Part shown: positions 9,582 through 16,420 of the stretch, one piece after another
How positions within the stretch are numbered: position 1 is the first letter of the stretch
How the letters are laid out: every line of letters starts with the position of its first letter
Origin: a virus
Direction: 5' to 3' (one strand)
Length of the DNA stretch: 64,000 nucleotides
Virus record (IMG/VR): IMGVR_UViG_3300013125_000002
Program-made: the position numbers and the translations under genes
The notes under the pieces: model-generated
What the model was told of the DNA's origin: nothing
What the model saw: the letters and a program-made list of their open reading frames with translations, nothing else
The model's database searches: none

Positions 9582-9673
9582 TCGTCACCCCGATGATTTG
9601 GTTACAGTCTCAAAATCATCGGAGAGAGTCAAGCTGATCTTGTAGAGGGAGGATTCTAGAACTTATGAAAAAA

Positions 9674-9754
9674 CGGAAGGCGGAGGAATCGAACCCCAGG
9701 TCTTGCGGCCTCCACCGGGTTCAAGCCGGCTTTGCCACCATGGCGGCGCCTTCC
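9674..9754 (-). tRNA. tRNA-Ser(UGA), atypical 8/4 (allo-tRNA-like) fold
   Basis: GGAAGGCG/CGCCUUCC acceptor, 4-bp T stem, UUCGAUU loop, long V arm, G73. Confidence 0.75.
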
Positions 9755-9978
9755 AAACCCTGAAGCCTTTCAGCCCACTGCTCCATAGCTCGCATCGCTA
9801 ATTGCAGATCAGTGAACTGGGCGTCGAGGGTCAATGTCCACTCGGGGTGCTTGACGATCCCCCGATACTTGATCCCGTCTCCGTACCAAGGTTGCACAAA
9901 AAGAGTCAGAGTAGCAACCCTAGCAATCCATGGTAGCTGGCCAACACCAGTAGGTTGCTGCCAGTCCAGCTTGGCCAC
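9721..9978 (-). CDS. Hypothetical protein (C-terminus overlaps tRNA-Ser)
   Basis: ATG overlaps HNH stop. Confidence 0.45.
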   Translation of the reverse strand: MAKLDWQQPTGVGQLPWIARVATLTLFVQPWYGDGIKYRGIVKHPEWTLTLDAQFTDLQLAMRAMEQWAERLQGLEGAAMVAKPA

Positions 9979-10487
9979 TATGGCACCAACTCAGCGGTCC
10001 AGTACTCTCGCCACTCGACAGGAATCGAGTCCACCTCCCGCAGAGCCACATTGAAGACAGGAACCCATGTCGGTCTCACAGGCTGTGCCCGAAGGGTCAT
10101 TCCTGCCTCACGAAGAGTCAGGTCAGCCTTCTTGTGGTTGCAGCTCTGGCAAGCCATGACGATGTTCTCCCACTCGGTCTTGCCACCCCGAGACTTCGGG
10201 ATGACGTGATCGAAGGTCAGAACTACATCCTTGCCATGGGCTCCACAGTACTGGCAGCGGAACCTATCCCGGGCGAGGACATTCTGACGAGAGAACTTGA
10301 TCCTCTTCTTCTTGGCGTCGATGGCATGCGTGATCCTCACAACCGCCGGCATGCCGACGTTGAAGTGAACCTCACGCCCGTACTCCTCGAGCACCTCTAC
10401 CTTGTTCTTGGCAAGGTAGGCCATCGCCCGTTGCCAGGGCACAGTGTTGATCGGCTGGTACCCCTGATCTAAGACTAAGGTTTGCAC
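9978..10487 (-). CDS. HNH endonuclease (HNH_5/McrA-like family)
   Basis: TLVLDQGYQP...FSRQNVLARDRFRCQYCG...LTFDHVIPKSRGG..WENIVMACQSCNHKK; likely GTG start 10487 (track start lies inside a tRNA). Confidence 0.9.
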   Translation of the reverse strand: MQTLVLDQGYQPINTVPWQRAMAYLAKNKVEVLEEYGREVHFNVGMPAVVRITHAIDAKKKRIKFSRQNVLARDRFRCQYCGAHGKDVVLTFDHVIPKSRGGKTEWENIVMACQSCNHKKADLTLREAGMTLRAQPVRPTWVPVFNVALREVDSIPVEWREYWTAELVP

Positions 10488-10529
10488 GAGATCACCTGTG
10501 AACAGTTGGTCATGGTCGATTGTACCAGA

Positions 10530-10604
10530 TAGAGCGGGTCGGATTCGAACCGACACTGTCCGGAGTTTGAAGCCGGGGCCTCCTACCCGTTGGGCTACCG
10601 CTCC
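10530..10604 (-). tRNA. tRNA-Leu(CAA), short variable loop
   Basis: Cloverleaf; loop UUCAAAC. Confidence 0.8.
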
Positions 10605-10608
10605 ATAA

Positions 10609-10684
10609 TACCAGGGATGGGATTCGAACCCACACTGCCGAGATCCTTAGTCTCGTGCCTCCTACCAAGTTGGGCTACCCTGGC
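10609..10684 (-). tRNA. tRNA-Leu(AAG), short variable loop
   Basis: CGAGA-CUAAGGA-UCUCG. Confidence 0.85.
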
Positions 10685-10688
10685 ATAG

Positions 10689-10762
10689 TCGGGATGACTG
10701 GATTTGAACCAGTGACCTCTTGGACCCCATCCAAGCGTTCTTCCAGGCTGAACTACATCCCG
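10689..10762 (-). tRNA. tRNA-Pro(GGG)
   Basis: CUUGG-AUGGGGU-CCAAG. Confidence 0.9.
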
Positions 10763-10766
10763 TTAG

Positions 10767-10840
10767 TACCCCCGACGCGGCTCGAACGCGCACTTGATCT
10801 CCTTTTAGGGGAGAGCCTCTTCCTCTTGGGCTACAGGGGT
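10767..10840 (-). tRNA. tRNA-Leu(UAA), C33, short variable loop
   Basis: UCUCC-CCUAAAA-GGAGA. Confidence 0.75.
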
Positions 10841-10846
10841 AGAAAC

Positions 10847-10878
10847 TCCCACCTCTGCCAGCGATAACAGAGGTGGGA
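10847..10878 (-). terminator. 11-bp hairpin after Ro60 (terminator/processing site) carrying GUUAUC
   Basis: TCCCACCTCTG/CAGAGGTGGGA inverted repeat. Confidence 0.5.
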
Positions 10879-10885
10879 TCAGAAC

Positions 10886-12538
10886 TTACTGCTTGGCGAA
10901 TTCGCTGATCAGGTTAGGTGCTGCTGTGTCAAACCCGACCACATCCAGCATCCCTGCGTCATCAGGATCAGCAATCGTGAAGTTGTTGGCTACCATCCCC
11001 ACGACTACAAGCTTGGCTGGAATGCCCATCTTCTGCCGATATTGCTGAAGAGCCTGCACCGGCTGAATCTCCCCAGCCCACGTCTCCGAGTCAGTGTAGA
11101 TCTCGAAGAGGTCAACTGGGATCTTGTGCTTTGCTGCATCCAACATTGGCAGCGCACAATCAGTACCACCGAATGACAGCCTCTCCGTGTACCGACAGAT
11201 GTCGTCGAGCCTCATCGTGGGGCTGATCTTCAGCGTCGTGATTGCATTACCTTCGTACCCAAGGCCATGCAATGATGCTCTGCCGCTGGTGAAGCCCTTG
11301 ATCACCCACTGCTGCTCCACCCGTGCCCTCACCATCGCCATTGCTGACGAAGCTACTCGAGGTGTCAGTCCCATAACTCCTGCCACCATCCCACCACCCA
11401 TCGACCCCGAGACATCGAGTGCCAGGTAATGACGCTTGCCAGTCGGCTCCACAGCCCAGAAGGACACGTAGAACGACTCGTTGAGAGCGTCAACTACCTG
11501 CTGGACCAGGTCCCAGGTATTGCTGCCCCGAAGCCCATGACCCGCCGAGTAGGTCAGCATCGCTGTCAGCACCTGGATCGGATGCACCCTTGCCTTCTTG
11601 AGCTGCTCCAGATCGACCAGTCGCTTCGCCACCTCACCAACTGCTAATGCCATTGGCTTGAGCAGCCCAACCCGCGTCATGGTAGCCAGGTTCCGCAGAA
11701 GAGCCGTCAGCCCCAGGCTAGGAAGCATCGCCTCCCAGACCTCGGCGTGATTCAGCATCTCCGTTGGAATCGCTTCCCGAGGCAACCGGTAGTCCTGGAT
11801 CAGCTTGACCATCTCCTTGACGCTGGTGATGGTCTTGGCCTTCTCGAACGCCCAGATGACTCGAGCTGCCTCCGGCACTGCACCAACCTCTGGTAGGTCG
11901 TTCTCCTTGCCCTTGACCATCCAGCGGACGACCGTCTGGTGGTCTGAAGAGCCTGGCTTGACGTGTGCCAGCCTAAGCACGTCTCGATGTGACCAGCCAT
12001 CACGGGCCTGGTACTTGACCGTCTGGTACGCCACATCCTTCGCCTGTTGCTCGTTGTACCAGCGAGCAATCGCCCGACGGGCTCCTGGACCCCAGCCACC
12101 GAAGGCCTGCATCGCCTCGCAAAAGTGGAAGAGGTGTGTTCCGATCCGGCAGACCTTCGGCAGAGCCTGGTAGGCTGCTTGCTTGGTCTCGACATTCCCA
12201 AGCTTGGCTGCCATCGCCAATGCAAAGATCGCCGGATCGTTCTTCGGTGCTCTTCCTGCATCGGAGATGTCAGTGATCAACTTGACCAGGCGAACGCCAT
12301 CAGCCTTGATGCACCGCTCGATGGCCTTGGCGTTCTCCTTGGTGAGCTTACGCTCGGTGGCATAGTAGCTCCCACCCTCACTCCCGAGGATCAGGAACCG
12401 CTGTGCCTGCACCCAGATGTCGACTGGGAAAGTGACTCCCCCTGCCGAGTTCTCCACCATGTCGTTCTCACGACCTGGGATCACCTCGTTCTGCGGAGTC
12501 TGCCGACGGTTGACGTGGGACGAGTACTGAACGGGCAT
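10886..12538 (-). CDS. rsr: Ro60/TROVE-domain RNA-binding protein (Rsr)
   Basis: NSAGG..F...RFLILGSEGGSYY, GRAPKNDPAIFALA, KYQARDGWSHRDVLRLAH, ALLRNL, vWA DVSGSM, GGTDCALPM, TDSET, DVVGFD. Confidence 0.96.
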   Translation of the reverse strand: MPVQYSSHVNRRQTPQNEVIPGRENDMVENSAGGVTFPVDIWVQAQRFLILGSEGGSYYATERKLTKENAKAIERCIKADGVRLVKLITDISDAGRAPKNDPAIFALAMAAKLGNVETKQAAYQALPKVCRIGTHLFHFCEAMQAFGGWGPGARRAIARWYNEQQAKDVAYQTVKYQARDGWSHRDVLRLAHVKPGSSDHQTVVRWMVKGKENDLPEVGAVPEAARVIWAFEKAKTITSVKEMVKLIQDYRLPREAIPTEMLNHAEVWEAMLPSLGLTALLRNLATMTRVGLLKPMALAVGEVAKRLVDLEQLKKARVHPIQVLTAMLTYSAGHGLRGSNTWDLVQQVVDALNESFYVSFWAVEPTGKRHYLALDVSGSMGGGMVAGVMGLTPRVASSAMAMVRARVEQQWVIKGFTSGRASLHGLGYEGNAITTLKISPTMRLDDICRYTERLSFGGTDCALPMLDAAKHKIPVDLFEIYTDSETWAGEIQPVQALQQYRQKMGIPAKLVVVGMVANNFTIADPDDAGMLDVVGFDTAAPNLISEFAKQ

Positions 12539-12578
12539 GTGACCCCTCCTTACCGGCCCTCACTAAGAGAGCAAAAAT

Positions 12579-12643
12579 GATGAGCAAGTTGTTGCCGCTA
12601 GGGTGGCTTCACCAAAGAGGTAACCTAGAAGCTCCGGCCCATC
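12579..12643 (-). ncRNA. Y RNA-like RNA 1 (minimal), directly upstream of Ro60
   Basis: GAUGGGCCGG...GUUACC...CUUGCUCAUC Ro-binding-type stem. Confidence 0.7.
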
Positions 12644-12656
12644 GGTTCATCAGAAC

Positions 12657-12754
12657 AGCTAGCGCCTCAGCGAGGTTGGTGATCCTTGGAGTGCCTTTCG
12701 GCCATATCTCAGCATTGGTAGATAACCAAAGATCATTCGGCCAAGGAGCTAGCT
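12657..12754 (-). ncRNA. Y RNA-like RNA 2
   Basis: UUGGCCGAAUGAUCUUUGGUUAUC...CCAAGGAUCA...CUCGCUGAGG; GAAA hairpin. Confidence 0.7.
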
Positions 12755-12773
12755 ATTCCGATGAAGTAATCCT

Positions 12774-12803
12774 CATATGTTCACAGTACGTCAGACTTGT
12801 CAA
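12774..12803 (-). promoter_or_regulatory. Possible internal sigma70 promoter for Y RNAs and Ro60
   Basis: Perfect TTGACA at 12798-12803, weak -10. Confidence 0.35.
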
Positions 12804-12811
12804 CCACAAAG

Positions 12812-12885
12812 TGGCAGCAGCTGGTAACGATCCAGCAATCTTTCGGTTATGAGCCGAATGAGGAGACCATCTCCTCCCTGCTGCC
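12812..12885 (-). tRNA. tRNA(CAU), atypical (no U8, T-loop AUCGUUA)
   Basis: UUCGG-CUCAUAA-CCGAA; all four stems pair. Confidence 0.7.
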
Positions 12886-12890
12886 ATGGG

Positions 12891-12969
12891 TGCGAGGAGA
12901 GGGAATCGAACCCTCACGCCGAAGCGATAGCTCCTAAGGCTACTGCGTCTACCATTCCGCCATCCTCGC
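12891..12969 (-). tRNA. tRNA-Leu(UAG)
   Basis: Class II cloverleaf. Confidence 0.92.
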
Positions 12970-12970
12970 A

Positions 12971-13048
12971 TGGTACCCCCGGCAGGACTTGAACCTGCAA
13001 GTCTCTCGGTTCGTAGCCGAGTGTCCTAATCCATTAGACGACGGGGGC
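12971..13048 (-). tRNA. tRNA-Arg(ACG), CCA encoded
   Basis: CUCGG-CUACGAA-CCGAG. Confidence 0.92.
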
Positions 13049-13063
13049 GTAGGTAGTAGGCGG

Positions 13064-13135
13064 TTGGCCCAGTCGGATTTGAACCGACGACTCCCAGCTT
13101 GTAAGGCTAGTACTCTTCCACTGAGTTATGGGCCA
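13064..13135 (-). tRNA. tRNA-Val(UAC), replacement copy
   Basis: CUAGC-CUUACAA-GCUGG; UGGCCCA/UGGGCCA acceptor. Confidence 0.88.
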
Positions 13136-13511
13136 AAACACACTTCTGCATTCTGTACCTAGCAACTTCTAATCGATGAGCTTCAGTGCATCGCACGCAA
13201 CGGCATGGTGCGGTTTCACTGCGGTATCTGGTGTCAGTCCCATGTGGGGAAAGACGCTGTAGTCGAGTAGCCTCTTTGTGACACTCCCCACACAACACCA
13301 CACACTTCTTCAACTCCAACTCCCGTCGTTGTTTGGACCAAGACCAAATTCGGTGAGACACTTTCTTGGTCGGGTCTTTGTGATGCACCTCTAGTTGATC
13401 CTCTGATCCGCACCCAACACATGGACCATGCTCTTTAATCCATGCATTACGGTTTTCTGACTTCCATCGGAGTTGGTATTGTTTACGTTCCTCTGGATCT
13501 TTGTAAGGCAT
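13107..13511 (-). CDS. HNH homing endonuclease inserted in tRNA-Val
   Basis: MPYKDP...CVGCG...LEVHHKDP...ELKKCVVLCGECH...HGT..RY...CRC..C; ATG in anticodon stem of the split tRNA. Confidence 0.88.
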   Translation of the reverse strand: MPYKDPEERKQYQLRWKSENRNAWIKEHGPCVGCGSEDQLEVHHKDPTKKVSHRIWSWSKQRRELELKKCVVLCGECHKEATRLQRLSPHGTDTRYRSETAPCRCVRCTEAHRLEVARYRMQKCVLAHNSVEEY

Positions 13512-13538
13512 GCGCTCTTCCAGTTGAGCTAACCGCCC
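13501..13538 (-). pseudogene. 5' half of original tRNA-Val(UAC), split by the HNH insertion
   Basis: GGGCGGU UA GCUC AACUGGAA GAGC G CAUGC CUUACAA; matching acceptor strand ACCGCCU at 13058-13064. Confidence 0.8.
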
Positions 13539-13705
13539 ACAGGACAATCCTGCTGCACGAGTGAAGGCTTGATCTCAACCTTCACACGCTGATGGAGAGT
13601 GAGCTTCTGGCACTTGCCCAGACACTTCAGGGGTACCTGATCCTTGTCGCTCCATCGCTCCCATCTCTGTACATTCCCACACTTCGTACACCTGAACTCT
13701 TCCAT
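13529..13705 (-). CDS. 58-aa zinc-ribbon protein, weakly bL33-like
   Basis: AAGGAGAGG RBS; MEEFRCTKCGNVQRWERWSDKDQVPLKCLGKCQKLTLHQRVK...; below track cutoff. Confidence 0.55.
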   Translation of the reverse strand: MEEFRCTKCGNVQRWERWSDKDQVPLKCLGKCQKLTLHQRVKVEIKPSLVQQDCPVGG

Positions 13706-13720
13706 GATCCTCTCCTTGAG

Positions 13721-13794
13721 TGGTCGTGATAGGATTTGAACCTATGACCTTCTGGGTGTGATCCAGATGTGCTTCCAGGCTACACCACACGACC
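13721..13794 (-). tRNA. tRNA-Val(CAC)
   Basis: UCUGG-AUCACAC-CCAGA. Confidence 0.88.
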
Positions 13795-13799
13795 GATAG

Positions 13800-13872
13800 T
13801 GCTGCTGGGAGGAATTGAACCTCCGTGTGCCGATTCCGGAGACCGGTGCGTTGTCCACTACGCTACAGCAGC
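13800..13872 (-). tRNA. tRNA-Arg(CCG)
   Basis: Loop CUCCGGA. Confidence 0.85.
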
Positions 13873-13876
13873 TCAA

Positions 13877-13948
13877 TACCCCGACCCAGAATCGAACTGG
13901 GACTTGCGGTTTAGGAAACCGCCGTGATCTCCATTTCACTATCGGGGC
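13877..13948 (-). tRNA. tRNA-Arg(CCU)
   Basis: GCGGU-UUCCUAA-ACCGC. Confidence 0.88.
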
Positions 13949-13949
13949 A

Positions 13950-14021
13950 CACCACCGGAAGGAATCGAACCCTCGTCTTCCGGGTAGAAACCGGAGGCCC
14001 TGTCCATTAGACGACGGTGGC
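13950..14021 (-). tRNA. tRNA-Arg(UCU)
   Basis: UCCGG-UUUCUAC-CCGGA. Confidence 0.88.
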
Positions 14022-14026
14022 ACTAG

Positions 14027-14094
14027 AGGCGCCGGAGCGAGTTGAACGCTCCTCCACGGTTTTGCAGACCGTGTTGCTCCCGGAACGCAGCGCC
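14027..14094 (-). tRNA. tRNA-Cys(GCA), truncated D arm (68 nt)
   Basis: ACGGU-CUGCAAA-ACCGU; U73. Confidence 0.75.
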
Positions 14095-14098
14095 ATAC

Positions 14099-14169
14099 AG
14101 CTGGGCAAGGGATGATCTTAGGCATTGGTCAGATTAGAAGTCTGGTAACCTATGATCTTCGGCTCAGCT
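14099..14169 (-). ncRNA. Y RNA-like RNA 3 with Arg(UCU)-like anticodon hairpin
   Basis: AGCUGAGCCGAAGAUCAUAGGUUA-CCAGACUUCUAAUCUGA-...CCUAAGAUC..CUUGCCCAGCU. Confidence 0.78.
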
Positions 14170-14172
14170 CGG

Positions 14173-14240
14173 CAGGTCACCGGAGACTCGAACTCCGCAA
14201 GCTGGGTTTTGGAGACCCGGCCGTACCCTGTACGTGACCC
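14173..14240 (-). tRNA. tRNA-Trp(CCA), truncated D arm (68 nt)
   Basis: Loop CUCCAAA; D arm GUAC-AGG-GUAC; G73. Confidence 0.75.
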
Positions 14241-14387
14241 ACGATGACCTCTGATCGCACCCACTCAACGCTGCCCCTGCACCTCGGGAATACAGATGAG
14301 AAAGTAACGATCAACCGGTGTGCTCTGGCCGAGGTCTCCGCCAGCCGGTAGAGGCGCGGATGTCATGCCTGACTCGCCTTCCTCTAG

Positions 14388-14460
14388 AGCCGCCACCGAG
14401 AATCGAACTCGGCCTTTCAGTTTACCAAACTGATGTCCCGACCACGTGGACCTTGGCGGC
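14388..14460 (-). tRNA. tRNA-Thr(GGU)
   Basis: UCAGU-UUGGUAA-ACUGA. Confidence 0.88.
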
Positions 14461-14467
14461 AAAACTT

Positions 14468-14540
14468 TGGAGCCAGCGAGGATCGAACTCGCAACCTCTG
14501 CCGTGCAAAGGCAGCGCTCTCCCAATTGAGCTATGACCCC
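14468..14540 (-). tRNA. tRNA-Ala(UGC)
   Basis: G3:U70; CUGCC-UUUGCAC-GGCAG. Confidence 0.92.
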
Positions 14541-14547
14541 GAGTCAG

Positions 14548-14649
14548 TGGAATGGCCAGGAGTTGAACCCAGCTCCCCTTAGGCAGCTCCTGCAAGCCAC
14601 CCATCAGGGATCGCGCCAAGTGGTGCAGGCCACCCTCTCGCGACACCCC
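14548..14649 (-). ncRNA. tRNA-like RNA with T arm and acceptor but no canonical anticodon arm
   Basis: GGGGUG...CUGGG-UUCAACU-CCUGG-CCAUUCCA; internal repeat GGGUGGC(C/U)UGCA. Confidence 0.5.
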
Positions 14650-14656
14650 ATAACAG

Positions 14657-14728
14657 TGGGCACTACTGGAATCGAACCAGTGGTCTCCTGCGTGTCGAGC
14701 AGGTGTCTTTCCATTCGACCAAGCGCCC
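14657..14728 (-). tRNA. tRNA-Val(GAC), C33
   Basis: CCUGC-UCGACAC-GCAGG. Confidence 0.85.
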
Positions 14729-14731
14729 ATT

Positions 14732-14804
14732 TACTCCCAACGGGGTTCGAACCCGTGATCTCCGGCTTGAAAGGCCAGCGACTTGACCGCTCGTCCATGG
14801 GAGC
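14732..14804 (-). tRNA. tRNA-Glu(UUC)
   Basis: Loop CUUUCAA. Confidence 0.88.
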
Positions 14805-14808
14805 ATAG

Positions 14809-14880
14809 TGATCCTGGAGGGAGTCGAACCCTCATTTCCTGATCGAGAGTCAGGTTGCCTACCGTTAGCAAGACAGGACC
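14809..14880 (-). tRNA. tRNA-Glu(CUC)
   Basis: CCUGA-CUCUCGA-UCAGG. Confidence 0.85.
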
Positions 14881-14881
14881 A

Positions 14882-14957
14882 TGGAGCTGGCTATCGGACT
14901 TGAACCGATCACCTGCTGCTTACAAGGCAGCTGCTCTACCGGATGGGCTAAGCCAGC
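14882..14957 (-). tRNA. tRNA-Thr(UGU), CCA encoded
   Basis: Loop CUUGUAA. Confidence 0.92.
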
Positions 14958-14962
14958 ACGAG

Positions 14963-15034
14963 AGCCCTCATTCGGAATCGAACCGAATTCTCGGCCTTAC
15001 GAGAGCCGCGCGTCACCATTTACGCTTTGAGGGC
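14963..15034 (-). tRNA. tRNA-Thr(CGU)
   Basis: Loop CUCGUAA. Confidence 0.85.
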
Positions 15035-15069
15035 ATGACTCACCAACTTTGACCCCTTCGTTGGTGATC

Positions 15070-15150
15070 GCGCAGCCTTTACCAGTCTAGCCTTTCGGCA
15101 GCAAGCCGGACGAATCCGACACGATCTTGAGATCATCAGGGGCCCTGCGC
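15070..15150 (-). ncRNA. Unclassified multibranch small RNA in tRNA spacer
   Basis: GCGCAG/CUGCGC closing stem with UUCG and GAAA tetraloop hairpins. Confidence 0.5.
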
Positions 15151-15152
15151 AG

Positions 15153-15227
15153 TACCACCGAGAGGATTTGAACCTCCAACCTCCTCGACCTGAACGAGGC
15201 GCCTCTACCAAATTGGGCTACGGTGGC
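15153..15227 (-). tRNA. tRNA-Leu(CAG), short variable loop
   Basis: CCUCG-UUCAGGU-CGAGG. Confidence 0.85.
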
Positions 15228-15233
15228 ATGTAG

Positions 15234-15307
15234 TCGAGGTGGTCAGATTCGAACTGACGTGCTCCTGCTCCCGAAGCAGGCGAGGGACCAGACTCCTCTA
15301 CACCTCG
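15234..15307 (-). tRNA. tRNA-Pro(CGG)
   Basis: CCUGC-UUCGGGA-GCAGG. Confidence 0.9.
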
Positions 15308-15312
15308 ATAAG

Positions 15313-15384
15313 AGCGAGTGGAGGGAATTGAACCCTCGACCAACTGGTTGGAAGCCAGTGACTCTGCCACTGAGTTACACTCGC
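15313..15384 (-). tRNA. tRNA-Gly(UCC)
   Basis: ACUGG-CUUCCAA-CCAGU. Confidence 0.92.
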
Positions 15385-15393
15385 AAAGATCAA

Positions 15394-15465
15394 AGTGACC
15401 GGAGGGAGTTGAACCCTCTCTTCAGGCTTGGGAAGCCCGCGTGCCTCCGTGAACACCCCGGTCAC
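15394..15465 (-). tRNA. tRNA-Gly(CCC)
   Basis: Loop UUCCCAA. Confidence 0.85.
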
Positions 15466-15471
15466 AAGTTA

Positions 15472-15558
15472 GGGCCGCCAACGATGAGGACTGGACTGAT
15501 CTTTCAGTGAGTCGACGGCACTGATTGACCAGGGTTGATCTCATCATTGGCTAAGCCC
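15472..15558 (-). ncRNA. Unclassified rod-like small RNA in tRNA spacer
   Basis: GCCAAUGAUGAG/CUCAUCGUUGGC stem, internal bubble, UCAGUG/CACUGA apex. Confidence 0.5.
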
Positions 15559-15560
15559 AG

Positions 15561-15644
15561 CGGAGAGCCTGGGAATCGAACCCAGCGGGTCTTTCGGCCC
15601 TCCCGCGCTTCCAACGCGGTTGCGCACCTTGCTTCTCGCTCTCC
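15561..15644 (-). tRNA. tRNA-Ser(GGA), atypical D arm
   Basis: CCGCG-UUGGAAG-CGCGG; V arm GGCCGAAAGACC. Confidence 0.8.
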
Positions 15645-15652
15645 AAGATCAG

Positions 15653-15734
15653 CGGAAGGTGCAGGAATCGAACCTGCTGCGTCTTTCGGCGCTGATGGCT
15701 TCAAACCACTCCCGTACCTTACGGGTCACCTTCC
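15653..15734 (-). tRNA. tRNA-Ser(UGA), 6-bp D stem
   Basis: D arm CCCGUA-AGG-UACGGG; loop UUUGAAG. Confidence 0.8.
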
Positions 15735-15805
15735 AGCTAACCGATCTCCTCTGAGTCACAAAGAGTGTAGTCCTTGCGATTGACCATACTCAGCGAGATC
15801 GGCAA

Positions 15806-15877
15806 TGCAGCTGCCGGGAGTTGAACCCGGGCCTCAACCTTGGCAAGGTCGCATGCGGCCACCAACACTTCAGCTGC
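15806..15877 (-). tRNA. tRNA-Gly(GCC)
   Basis: Loop UUGCCAA. Confidence 0.82.
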
Positions 15878-15879
15878 GT

Positions 15880-15949
15880 AGCGGGAAAAGGAGTTGAACC
15901 TTGTCCTCTGGGTTATGAACCCAGCGTGCAGCCACTACACTATTCCCGC
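15880..15949 (-). tRNA. tRNA(CAU) Met/Ile2
   Basis: CUGGG-UUCAUAA-CCCAG (3 G-C pairs, initiator-like). Confidence 0.8.
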
Positions 15950-15951
15950 AG

Positions 15952-16023
15952 CGGGCACGAAGGGGATCGAACCCTCCTCGGCGGATCGACAGTCCGCTGG
16001 CCTCACCAGATGCCTACGTGCCC
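15952..16023 (-). tRNA. tRNA-Asp(GUC)
   Basis: GCGGA-CUGUCGA-UCCGC; G73. Confidence 0.85.
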
Positions 16024-16088
16024 ATTCACCGGCTTGTTCTGGGCTTAATAAGATGATCCCGGCAAACCGGCCAATCCAAGATCATCAG

Positions 16089-16170
16089 CGGAAGCTAGAC
16101 GAATCGAACGCCCGGTCTTTCGGCCGCCCTCGGGTTCGAGCCGAGTTAGGGACCCTCCCTGGTAGCTTCC
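16089..16170 (-). tRNA. tRNA-Ser(CGA), atypical D arm
   Basis: CUCGG-CUCGAAC-CCGAG; long V arm; G73. Confidence 0.8.
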
Positions 16171-16175
16171 AGAGC

Positions 16176-16274
16176 GCCGCCGCTTCATCGTCAAGGTCCT
16201 TGTCCAAGTTGATCAGACTCTTCCTCAGACCTCTTGGCCTTCAAAGGGCCGCGTTGGTCACGAATGAAGCAGCG
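16176..16274 (-). ncRNA. Unclassified structured RNA in tRNA spacer
   Basis: CGCUGCUUCAU/AUGAAGCGGCG closing stem. Confidence 0.45.
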
Positions 16275-16276
16275 AG

Positions 16277-16347
16277 TGGACCCACTGGGATTTGAACCCA
16301 GAATACAGCCATGCCGAGGCTGCGTGATCCCATTTCACTATGAGCCC
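16277..16347 (-). tRNA. tRNA-Ala(GGC), C33
   Basis: G3:U70; CAGCC-UCGGCAU-GGCUG. Confidence 0.85.
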
Positions 16348-16420
16348 GAGATGCTCCCCGCTTAGACTCACCTGCGCTGCTTTTGCCCGCTTCGGTAAAT
16401 CTGCGCTAGAGCAATGAGAT

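Noticed and set aside
10530-10604. UGA-suppressor/Sec tRNA (UCA) reading
   Set aside because: Stem register gives loop UUCAAAC (CAA); D loop matches the other short-arm Leu tRNAs.
13136-13500. Group I intron in tRNA-Val
   Set aside because: No P/Q/R/S core; precise removal would not rebuild a paired tRNA.
15070-15150. Hammerhead ribozyme (CUGAUGA...GAAA)
   Set aside because: Stems II/III and the NUH site cannot be formed; the GAAA is a tetraloop.
15653-15734. tRNA-Sec
   Set aside because: D stem is Sec-like but the anticodon on the transcribed strand is UGA (Ser).
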